Assembly: GCA_965227835.1 (NCBI GenBank)
Contig: OZ245768.1
Span: forward strand, 390,001-422,000
DNA length: 32,000 nt
Reading direction: 5' to 3'
DNA from: Candidatus Saccharimonadota bacterium
GTDB lineage: Bacteria; Patescibacteriota; Gracilibacteria; BD1-5; UBA6164
Position numbers and translations under genes: made by a program. Positions 9,943-19,331 of this stretch are shown piece after piece (positions within the stretch are counted from its first letter, which is position 1; the number at the start of each line of letters is the position of its first letter). A model generated the notes under the pieces. That model searched no databases. It saw nothing but the letters and a program-made list of their open reading frames with translations, and was not told where the DNA came from.

Positions 9943-10686
9943 ATGGATACAAGTTTTCATAATATAAAGGCTGATAGTTATGAGGTAACTAGGGTTAATA
10001 AACTGGTGAAAAACACCTATATTACCATCGGTATAGGGATTATGCTTAGTGCTATATCCTCTTATTTTACTTTGAATGTTAATATAAGTTTGTTTCCACT
10101 TATATTGATGCTTGCCTCTATGTTTGGTCTAATTTTTGCAATTAGTCATTTCAAAAATAGTGCTATTGGTTTGTTCCTCTTTTTTGCTTTTACAGCACTT
10201 ATGGGAGCTTTCGTAGGACCGGCTATAGGTCTTTACCTAGATTTGCCTAACGGGAAAAACATTGTTACTATGGCATTTACTATGACAACTTTTGTATTTA
10301 TAAGTTTGTCTTGTTATGTTCATATTAGCAAAAAAGAATTCAGCTTTATCGGAGGTTTTCTTTTTACTGGATTGATATTGCTAATTGTTGCAATGATACT
10401 CAATATTTTTTTCTATCATCCTGTCTTCCATTTGGTGATAAGTTGTGTGGCTGTTCTTGTATTTTCTGGTTTTATTTTATATGATACTTCTAGAATGGTA
10501 CATGAACATAATGGTAACTATATTGAGTTAGCATTGTCGCAATTCTTAAATATTTTTAATCTATTCATACATTTATTATCCATTCTTGGGATACTTTCTG
10601 ATGATTGATTAAGAAAAATAAAAGGAGTTTACCTAAAACACCCTGCTTTGAAAAAAGCAGGGTGGTTTTTTAAAATTCCATATTAA
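9943..10686 (+). CDS. Bax inhibitor-1/YccA family membrane protein (ancestral stop TGA at 10606-10608; reads on to TAA 10684-10686 under table 25)
   Basis: Strong SD aggaggt 7 nt upstream of the ATG. Seven-TM-like profile with the C-terminal LYDTSRM...LFIHLLSILGI signature of the BI-1/YccA family. All 14 Gly are GGN, with no internal TGA. GC is visibly higher than in the flanks. The TGA after ...SDD is followed by an intrinsic terminator that lies inside the table-25 extension. Confidence 0.85.
10639..10671 (+). terminator. intrinsic terminator of the BI-1 gene
   Basis: caccctgct-ttgaaaaa-agcagggtg followed by gtttttt. Confidence 0.8.
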
Positions 10687-10814
10687 TAAATACTGGTATC
10701 TATCTACTATACAGTTAATTTAAAATTCAATCTAAAAATTGCTTTAATAAATAAACTATGCTAAAATTTTATATACTTATTAAATTTATATTTTAATTCA
10801 TAAACTCATAAAAA

Positions 10815-12713
10815 ATGGGGACATCTTTAAGTACAAGAGAATCTTTTTGATGATTATCAGAATCAAGTGAAGAAAATAATACTTCAGAGTATATAAGTGA
10901 TAATCCAATTATAGTTGAGGTGGAGCAAAAAATAGCTGAAATAAAAAAGCTATATGATTCTTGAGAGCAAAGTAAAAATGAATATCTTAATTGAGTTCTT
11001 GAATCTTTGGAAGACCTTCTTGAAAGAATTAAGAAAGATAAAAGTGGTGTTTCTTTTGAGACTAAAGCTCATATTTATGATTTGAGAAAAGATGCAATTT
11101 TATGATTATTAGAATGAAAAGTTATAGACTATAATACTGTAGAAAGTAGAGATATAGAGAGAAATGAAGTTTTAGATAGTTTGATAAACTATGATAACTT
11201 TTCCTTAAATGAGAATTTCTTTGACAATTATATAGAAGAATATAAAAAATATAATCCTGATAGTCTTGTAAAAATGAAAAAAGAAAAAATAAAATTACTC
11301 TCAGATAAATTTTTGAAAAATAATGAGGAATTTGAAAATACTGTAAGAAATATGCAATATTTCTACGATGCTAATCTAGAATATATTAATTATAATTTTG
11401 AAGACATTCTTTTAAATGAATATAGCTATAATTTGTTTTCTTCTATTTGACAAAAAGATATAGATAGATTTTTAGATAAAAAACAAAATCTTTGAATAAC
11501 AAATAATTTTTTTAATAAAAATGATTTATTATCTATATTTGAAAAATTTTTAGAAGATGATACTTATTTAGATAAATATTTAGGCCTATCAAATACTTCT
11601 TTATTTAAAGCTAGAATTATAGGAATAAGTAGTAGAATGAAGATAGAAGATTTGGAATATTTTGCCGATTTATTTCAATGATTTAATGGTTTTTCTGTTT
11701 GGTTATGACATAGATTGGAGTATATACTTGATTGAGAGTATGGTGCCTATAATATAAGATCTATTTTAAATAGTAAAAAGTTAGAAAAATATTTTAAAGT
11801 TTGAAAGCTTAATTTACATGAATTAGAAACATTTATTTTGAGTTTAAAATATTATGATTTTTCAAGAAAAAAATTAGATATAAATAAATATGCAAAATTA
11901 CTTGATAGACTATATGATAAATGATATAAAATTACAAACAATATTGATTTTTTAACCTTAGCTTCTCAATTAGATACTATAGAGGAGTTTTGATTGGAAG
12001 ATATGATAGTTGAAAATAATATTTCAAACTTTTCTCGTTTTACTAAAGAAGATTTAATTAGATTAAAAAATGATTTTGAAGATATTGAAAATAAAGATAG
12101 AAAAATAGCTTTATTGGTATTTTCCAAATCAGATCACAACTGAGTATTTTCTATACATAAATTTTTACCAAATAAGAAAATCCCAGAGGATTATAAAATA
12201 GTTTATTATGAAGTGAATTGAGAGAGTGATTTCTATGGTATTTTGGATAGATATAAATGAGCTGAACAGAAAATAGATTTAATGGTTTTAGCTTGACATG
12301 GTAATGAGGATTTAGTTCAACTAGGATGAACACCTAAAAGGGATTTAATTGGTGTTAATCTTGAAGAAAGTAGAGATTACTATCTAAGCTCATATGATGA
12401 ACAATATCTTACCAGATTTGATAGTGATGAAATCTCATCTTTTGTTGATAGTTTTTGAGAAAACTCTAATATTATTCTTCATTCTTGTATAGCTTGAAAA
12501 TGAGAAAAATCTACGGCTAAAGCAATATCCTCTGCTTTATGAAGTAATGTTACTATATATGGAGCAGATGAAAGTATACAAAATACTAATATTTCCTTTT
12601 GAGATTGATGAGAAATAAAGTCTGTAGAGTTTTGATCTTTTTTACAAAAAATAAATACTGTTATTTATAGTAATTGAAATTTGTTTGAATGAGAAAATTG
12701 AGAACAAGTTTAG
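10815..12713 (+). CDS. hypothetical 632-aa protein with C-terminal caspase/CHAT/CPD-like (clan CD-type His-Cys dyad) domain
   Basis: 633 codons translated triplet by triplet, from ATG at 10815 to TAG at 12711-12713, with many in-frame TGA. The C-terminal ~200 aa reads ALLVFSKSDHNG...DLMVLAGHGNEDLVQLGG (His codon 12297-12299) ...SNIILHSCIAGKGEKSTAKAISSALGSNVTIYGADESI (Cys codon 12486-12488). This is the xGHG / hhhhxxC pattern of caspase-fold peptidases (CHAT, DUF4347, C80 CPD). Confidence 0.7.
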
Positions 12714-12737
12714 ATTTTCTTTGAAGCAAACAAAAAT

Positions 12738-12766
12738 TTGACATTTTTATACTATTGTGATATAAT
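12738..12766 (+). promoter_or_regulatory. consensus sigma70 promoter with extended -10 (TTGACA-17-TGaTATAAT)
   Basis: ttgaca at 12738-12743, a 17-nt spacer ending in tga, and tataat at 12761-12766. Confidence 0.6.
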
Positions 12767-12909
12767 ATATTTGTTTTTTGTGATAGATACTAATCTATAT
12801 TTAAACTGGGTTATTATAAAAATCTTTTTTAAGTTTTCCTTATTTTAAGTGTTTTTATGATAATTTAAAGACATTTAAATATAGATCATCTATTTATCAT
12901 GAATTAATG

Positions 12910-12965
12910 TTTTGAGCTACCAATTTATTAATAAGATTTTTTATTGGTAGTTTGGTAGCTCAAAA
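12910..12965 (+). other. structured 5' leader element with nested or alternative hairpins
   Basis: ttttgagctaccaa at 12910-12923 pairs perfectly with ttggtagctcaaaa at 12952-12965. The inner ctaccaat can instead pair with attggtag at 12943-12950. The element sits in a leader of about 240 nt between the consensus promoter and the ATG at 13007. Confidence 0.4.
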
Positions 12966-13006
12966 TACCTTTAATCTAAATTTTTCTCAATCAAAAGGTA
13001 AAAATC

Positions 13007-13261
13007 ATGAAAAAATTATTAATTATTTTTCTTCTTTTTGCTGTTGTTTTGTCTTTTTCACCACTTTACTTAGCTGAAAGGCACTACGATCAAAATGGAA
13101 ATTTTACTCACTCCACTCCTATTTTTCCTACTTTTGATCTATCACTTATGAGGGATCCAAGTAATTGTGAAACAAACGAGCAGGTTCCTCGCGATAGTAT
13201 TTTAAATCTTGTAGGAATAGAGGTATTTAAGTGTAAATTTCCTAAAGAAGAAGAACTATAA
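13007..13261 (+). CDS. small secreted protein (84 aa), hypothetical
   Basis: Intact in the ORF track. N-terminal signal peptide MKKLLIIFLLFAVVLSFSPLYLA. No TGA. Ends in TAA and is followed by a clean terminator. Confidence 0.65.
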   Translation: MKKLLIIFLLFAVVLSFSPLYLAERHYDQNGNFTHSTPIFPTFDLSLMRDPSNCETNEQVPRDSILNLVGIEVFKCKFPKEEEL

Positions 13262-13274
13262 ATAGATGAAAAAG

Positions 13275-13307
13275 AAAGCATAGAGGATAAAATCCTCTAT
13301 GCTTTTT
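13275..13307 (+). terminator. intrinsic terminator
   Basis: aaagcatagagga-taaaa-tcctctatgcttt followed by tt. It also lies just downstream of the convergent pilin-like gene. Confidence 0.7.
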
Positions 13308-13324
13308 AAATTTACTAAATTAAA

Positions 13325-13720
13325 CTACATATCTAAAAGCCTATAGTCTTTATCTATCTCCAAAAAATCATTTTTTATACTTAATTTAAAATTAATTGAA
13401 TCACTTGTTTTTCATGACAAAATATATTCTATTTCATCAATTATAATTCAAGTGCTTGTATTTGCTGTAGAACAATTATCTAAGTTTAGGTAAAAATTAT
13501 TTAAATTGGAGTTGGAGGCTCAGCTTCAAAATATATTTTCAATACATTCTCCAAAACTGAAAAAAAGATAATTTGTATTTTTATAAATATTTGAATTGTT
13601 TATGCTTTTTGTATTTTCTCAAATCAATTTAAAAACTCAAAAAACAGCCATACTTAACAACACAGAAGCCACTACAACTTCTATTAGTGAAAAAGCTTTT
13701 TTCTTTTTTTTGATTAACAT
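13325..13720 (-). CDS. type IV pilin-like / pseudopilin protein (prepilin-type N-terminal motif)
   Basis: 132 codons checked. The N-terminus MLIKKKKKAFSLIEVVVASVLLSMAVFG carries the [KR][GA]F[ST]LIE cleavage/methylation-type motif (13679-13699) followed by a hydrophobic helix. TAG at 13325-13327. Confidence 0.75.
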
Positions 13721-13725
13721 CTATT

Positions 13726-14112
13726 TTATTTCCTGATTTTTAAAAATTTAGGATAATGAAAAATAAACAGAATTAAAAAAACTATAATTGTTGATATGGT
13801 ACTTATAAAAGTATTTTTTAAATCATAATATCTAGAATCTATAATTGCTTTTTTTGCTTCTTCTTCACACTTTTTTATTTCCTGTTTTGTTTTTACTTTC
13901 TTTATACTTTTTTGTGCTTCTTCGTTCCACTCATATTCATTTCTACACTCTCTTACTTCCCAGTTTCTTTCATTACTAGCATATTCTTTGTCTGATATAA
14001 AATAATATTTTCATGCATAGTTCAAACTTACTCCCAGTGATATTGATATTACCACAACAGAAACAAAGCTAACTATTCCAAGATAAAAAGTGTATAGTGT
14101 TTCAGATTTCAT
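13726..14112 (-). CDS. hypothetical membrane protein (128 aa, 2 TM)
   Basis: 129 codons checked. There are TM segments at both ends and a charged middle part with paired Cys. The TAA at 13726-13728 is 5 nt before the pilin-like start, so the two are probably co-transcribed. Confidence 0.6.
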
Positions 14113-14190
14113 ATTTTTATAAATTATAAAATAAAATTTTTTAAAATGTCTTTAAGTTTATTTTCAAACAAGGGTTTTAGTTCTTGTATC

Positions 14191-14298
14191 AAAAGGCTAA
14201 AGTTTTCTTTTGAAAAACTATTTCTCAAAAGGCTAAAGCCTTCTGTTGAAAAGCAATTTCTCAAAAGGCTAAAGCCTTCTGTTGAAAAACAATAAATA
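14191..14298. repeat. 36-bp tandem hairpin repeat, 3 clear copies plus a degenerate copy at 14161-14190
   Basis: Units start at 14191, 14227 and 14263: aaaaggctaaagccttctgttgaaaagcaatttctc. Each contains the palindrome aaggctaaagcctt. They are directly abutting with no spacers. The array lies between the thrS stop and the start of the 128-aa gene. Confidence 0.85.
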
Positions 14299-14351
14299 AC
14301 CTTTTAGGTAAAAAATTATTTCATATTACATTCTCTCTAAACTTACATAAA

Positions 14352-16229
14352 TTACAATTCTTTTTTTCTATACTCATCCAAAATTCTTACTTTAAAATCT
14401 TCTAGCTTTTCTACAGTTTGTTCTTTAGTCTTATAATTCCTTACAGATACACTTCAGTTTTTTTCTTCTTGCTCTCAAATAACCAATATATAATTAATAT
14501 GCATTTTTTCCGCATTTCTAATTTTCTTGTTCAATGATTCAGTGCTTAAATCTGATGTTACCCTTATTCAATCCTTTTTAAAATCTTCTTCTATTTTTTT
14601 AGAATACTCATCAAGTTTAGATAACACAGGTATGATTATAACTTGTCTTGGAGCCAACCAAAGAGGAAATGTTCCTGCAAAATGTTCTATCAAAACTCAC
14701 ATTCATCTTTCAAGTGATCAAAAAATAACTCTATGTATTACAACCGGTCTTTCTTTTTCTCATTTTTCGTTATTAAAACTTAAATCAAATCTTACAGGCA
14801 AATTGAAATCACATTGTATAGTTGCTAGTTGCCATTGTCTTCAAATAGCATCTTTGAACATAAAATCAAGTTTTGGTCAGTAAAAAGCAGCTTCTCATTC
14901 CACCCTTTCATATGGTAAATTATTTTCCTTACTTGCCTCTTCCAATTCTTTTTCTGATTTTTCCCAAATATCATTATCTCATATATATTTTGATTTATCA
15001 CTTCATCTTACAGAAAGAGATACCCAATAATCTTCTGTCATTCAAACAGTAGTATAAAACTCCTTAATTATATCAGTTATTGATTTAATTTCTTGTTTTA
15101 GTTGAGATACTCTACAAAACAAATGACCATCATCTTGAGTTATAGATCTCACTCTTGTCAATCATCAAAGTTGTCATGATTTCTCATCTCTATAAACTGT
15201 TGCTGGTTCAAAATATCTAACAGGCATATCTCTATAAGAAAATTGATTATCTGCAAATATCTGCATATGGTGAGGACAATTCATAGGTTTCATAAAAAAT
15301 TCTTCTTCCTTTCATTTTACTTTAAAAAGTTCATCTCCAAATTTAGAAGCATGACCTGATTTTTCATATAAATCTTTTTTTGCCATATGAGGTGTCCATA
15401 CCCTTTGATAACCTTTTTTAGAATGTATTTCCCATAAATAATCTTCTATTTCTTTTCTCATAATCATTCAAGCTGGTTGTATTAGAGGCAATCAAGCTCA
15501 AACTAGATTTGAAATACTAAATAGTTTTAATTTTTGTCCCAGTATTCTATGATCTCTTTTTTTTGCTTCTTCAAGCATATTTAAATGCTTATCTAGTTCT
15601 TCTTTTGTATCAAAAGCATAAGCATAAATTCTAGTTAACTGCTTATTTTTTTCATCTCAAAGCCAATAAGCTCATGCTATTCTTACTAGTTTAAATGAGT
15701 TTGAATCTATTTCTTTTGTATTTTCTACATGAGGTCAGCTACACATATCTATAAACTTTAGATTTTTGATTTGATCTCAATCAAGCTCACTAAATTCTTC
15801 AAAATTTTTACTTGTTAGATAATCTTGAACTTTACCATAATACTGGTTTGTTTTTCATTTTGATGTATTTATATAAAACCCAACTTTACCAGATTCTATC
15901 TTTTCAGCATTTTTGAAGTCTCAGCTTTCAAATTTATCTACAAGCTCAATTTTAAATCATTCTCACATATTTTTTAATATATCTCTTGCTTCATCAAAAT
16001 TTACTTCAAATTTTTTAAAATCTTGATTAGCACTAACTATTTTTTTCATTGATTTTTCTATTGTTTTCAAATCTTTTTCTCAAAATTCATCTTCTCAAAA
16101 ATCAAAGTCATAAAAAAATCAATCAGAAGTATCAGGTCAAGTAGCTATTTTACAATTTGGGAAATTATTTTTTACAGCTTGAGCCATAATGTGGGCCAAA
16201 GAATGTCTCTTTGTCGATATATTAGTCAT
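14352..16229 (-). CDS. thrS: threonine--tRNA ligase (no N-terminal TGS domain)
   Basis: 626 codons checked triplet by triplet. It starts [44 protein letters not shown], which is the HxxxH editing-domain motif and GP..DGFYYDF with Gly encoded by TGA. Class II core motifs include [10 protein letters not shown] and [16 protein letters not shown] at 14352-14354. Confidence 0.9.
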
Positions 16230-16492
16230 TTTTTATATTTCTTATTTTTAGTAAATTTTAAAATAGTTTTAATACTATTTATTTAAATTTTCTTTTAATT
16301 TCTAAACGATATATTAAATATTTATAATATATTGCAATACATTTTTTATTACTTAAGCAGAGGTTGATGAATTACTTTTTCATATAAGTTAATTTTTCAG
16401 TATCTCCTTAAATACAAGAGCAATTTTTTGTTTTTATACTCAAATTATGATATTATTAATATATATTTTTAATTAAAAATTTTAAAAACGAT

Positions 16493-17527
16493 ATGTTAAA
16501 AGAAATTTTACAGATGTCTATAGACTTAAAAGCTTCAGATATAATACTTTCTTCATGATCAAAAGCTAGTTTAAAAATATGATGAGAAGTTAAATTTATA
16601 GAAGATAAAGAAGTTATTTCAAAGCAGTATATGCAAAATATAGTTTTTTCAACTATGAGTGAAAACCAGAAAAACAGATTTATAGCAGAAAAAGAGCTTG
16701 ATTATGGTATATGATTTGGTAAACATAGATTTAGAGTAAACGCATTTGTTACTAGAAAAGGTATGGGAATAGTATGCAGACCTATTCCAACAGAGGTTCC
16801 TGAATTTGATAATTTATGATTACCTCCAATAGTAAAAACTCTAGCTCACAGGAGGAATTGATTAGTTTTAATAACATGACCTGTATGATCTTGAAAATCT
16901 ACATCTATGATTTCATTGGTAAATGAGATAAATAATACAGAAAATAAACATATAATAACCGTAGAAGATCCAATAGAATTTATATTTGAAAATAACAAAA
17001 GCTTGATAGAACAAAGAGAAGTTGGTACTTCAACTCTTAGTTTTGATAATTGATTGAAATATGCTCTTAGACAAGCTCCTGATGTTATAATGCTTGGGGA
17101 AATGAGAGATATAGAGACTTTCAGATTAGCTTTGAGAGCAGCTGAAACAGGAAATTTAGTATTTGCCACTCTACATACTTCTTGAGTTGCTAGAACTATT
17201 TCTAGAGTAATAGATATGTTTCCAGCTTGAGAGAAAGATCAAATAAGGGGGCAATTATCCGAATCACTTATATGAGTTATATGGCAAAAATTATTAAAAT
17301 CAAAAGATGAAAAGGGGAGAGTACTTGCTACAGAAGTTATGATAAACAACACATCTATTTCAAACATTATAAGGAAGTGAGATACTCATCAGATAAACTC
17401 TGTTATAGAAACTTCTTTGACAGAGGGTATGATTAATATGAAAAGGACTTTAGAAAAACTTTATGAGCATTGAAAAATAAGTGAAGATTTGTACAAGGAA
17501 GAAATTAAAATGCTTTGAACAGATTAA
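16493..17527 (+). CDS. pilT: type IV pilus retraction ATPase PilT
   Basis: 345 codons checked. Walker A GPVGSGKS at 16877-16900 is encoded tga-cct-gta-tga-tct-tga-aaa-tct. Other motifs: [40 protein letters not shown] (His box) and [11 protein letters not shown] at 17525-17527. Confidence 0.9.
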
Positions 17528-17535
17528 AAAAATAA

Positions 17536-18507
17536 ATGAAAAATATAAAATTAAATAACTTTAGTATCAGGAGAATAAACTTAGTTTTATTTTTTTTGGT
17601 ATTTTTATCAAGTCTAACTTTCTTAATTTTTCCAGAGTTTTTTTCTTTTAAAATTTATTGGATAGGGTTTGTATTTTCACTTTTTTTTCTTTTTTTAGTA
17701 CTAAATCATATATACTACATAGATTTTGAGAGATCAAAAAATAATATCAAACAAGCATTTAAAAATAATGATTTACCCATCAATAAAAATGGCTTATATA
17801 AAGAAAATAATGAACAATACAACTTATTTAAATATTTTTTTATAGATAGAAAAATTAAACAAAAGGATTATTTGGATTTAGAAGGTGTACTTCAAAAATT
17901 TACTCCAGAATATTTTTTAAATTATTTTTCAAAAAAAGGTAAAGATAGAATAGAGCTTGGATTATCTTCAAAGCAATTTATGCATGTTATGTTTTTAGAT
18001 ATAATAGGTTTTACTACAATTACAGAAAAGATAAGTCCAGAGAGAGCACTTCTTCTTCTCAATATATATTTTGATTGAATTGTAGAGATTATAAAAAAGT
18101 ATGGATGAAATATAGATAAGTTTCTTTGAGACTGAATTTTAATAGTTTTTACTGATAATAATTCTGACAATGCACTTTATGCTAGTATAGAAATACAAAA
18201 ATATATAAAGAATTTTAATATTTCAGATATATGAAAAAATATCTCAATTTGAATAGGAATAAATTCCTGAGAAGTAATTATGTGAACTATTTGATCTAAT
18301 AAGAGAATGGAGTTTACTATAATTTGAGATGTTGTAAATACAGCTTCTAGGATTGAAGGTCTTACTAGAGAGTTTGAAAACAAGATAATAATTTCAAAAG
18401 ATACTTTTGATAATATATTAGATAAAAAAAGATTTTCTTTGAAATACTTATGAGAGAGAGTGCTAAAATGAAAAAAAGTTAAGAAAAAGATTTATGGAGT
18501 AGCTTAG
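17536..18507 (+). CDS. membrane-anchored class III adenylate/guanylate cyclase
   Basis: Starts 8 nt after the pilT stop. Two N-terminal TM segments, then VMFLDIIGFTTITE...YGGNIDKFLGDGILIVF...[40 protein letters not shown], the class III cyclase catalytic signature with several Gly encoded by TGA. 324 codons checked. TAG at 18505-18507. Confidence 0.85.
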
Positions 18508-18518
18508 TTTTAAAACAA

Positions 18519-18552
18519 AAAAATAGTAATTATATTTAATTACTATTTTTTT
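18519..18552. terminator. bidirectional AT-rich intrinsic terminator between convergent genes
   Basis: aaaaatagtaatta-tatt-taattactattttt (14-bp stem), with T-runs on both strands. Confidence 0.55.
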
Positions 18553-18614
18553 AATTTCGTACTTTTTATATTTTGTTACAAAATCTTTTTTTGTAAACTT
18601 TTTTGAATTAGATT

Positions 18615-19217
18615 TTAGATTTGTTCTTCTTTTATTGGTCTTAATTTTTCCTTAACAACATCTATCCTAGTTATCATTTCTCTTATATTTTTTGTTTTTT
18701 CCTTTTCCTTTGTTATTTCTTTTGATATAGAAGTTATTTCCAGAGCCTTTTCTCACATTTTTATAATATTTTCTATCATATTAGTTTTATAAGGATGATC
18801 TGACTCATTTAACATTTTTGAAATTTCAAGATTCTTTAAAAGAATTCATACATGAGTAATAATAGGGTAATCTTTTTGACTTATAAAGTAATTTAAAACA
18901 TCTTCGCTTATATAAATAGATGTAATTCAAATTTGGTGCCCCACTTTTGATTTTTCTCCATTATTTATATTATCTTCTATTAAATGCTCTGGGGTTATTT
19001 TTTTGGGTATTAGTTTACTAACTAACCTATTAACACGCTTAATTATATCTAGTTTCTCTTTTTTATATTCAATTCCTCAGCTAATTTGAAATTTTCAGTC
19101 TGATAGTTCTATAAAAATATTTTTTCAATTTTCTGGTATTTCAATTAAAGAAGATAGTAAATTTGTTTCTTCTATAGGATGGTTACTACTGTTTATATCT
19201 ACTATTTCATTTTTCAT
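18615..19217 (-). CDS. hypothetical protein (200 aa)
   Basis: 201 codons checked, from ATG at 19215-19217 to TAA at 18615-18617, with several in-frame TGA. I recognise no motif. Confidence 0.55.
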
Positions 19218-19331
19218 ATTTTTGAAGTTAAGATTTAAAATATATACTATTATATTTAATAAATAATATATGTCAATATTTTATTTGATATAATTCTATC
19301 ACGAAATACAACTTTTATAAAGATACAATAT

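Noticed and set aside
10815-10823. N-terminal MG... (also at 28885) as an N-myristoylation-like signal
   Set aside because: This is a eukaryotic modification, and two occurrences of Met-Gly are not informative in bacteria.
14191-14298. Possible CRISPR array (36-bp repeats with a palindromic core)
   Set aside because: The repeats abut directly with no spacers, there are only three to four units, and there are no cas genes. It is a tandem repeat, not a CRISPR.
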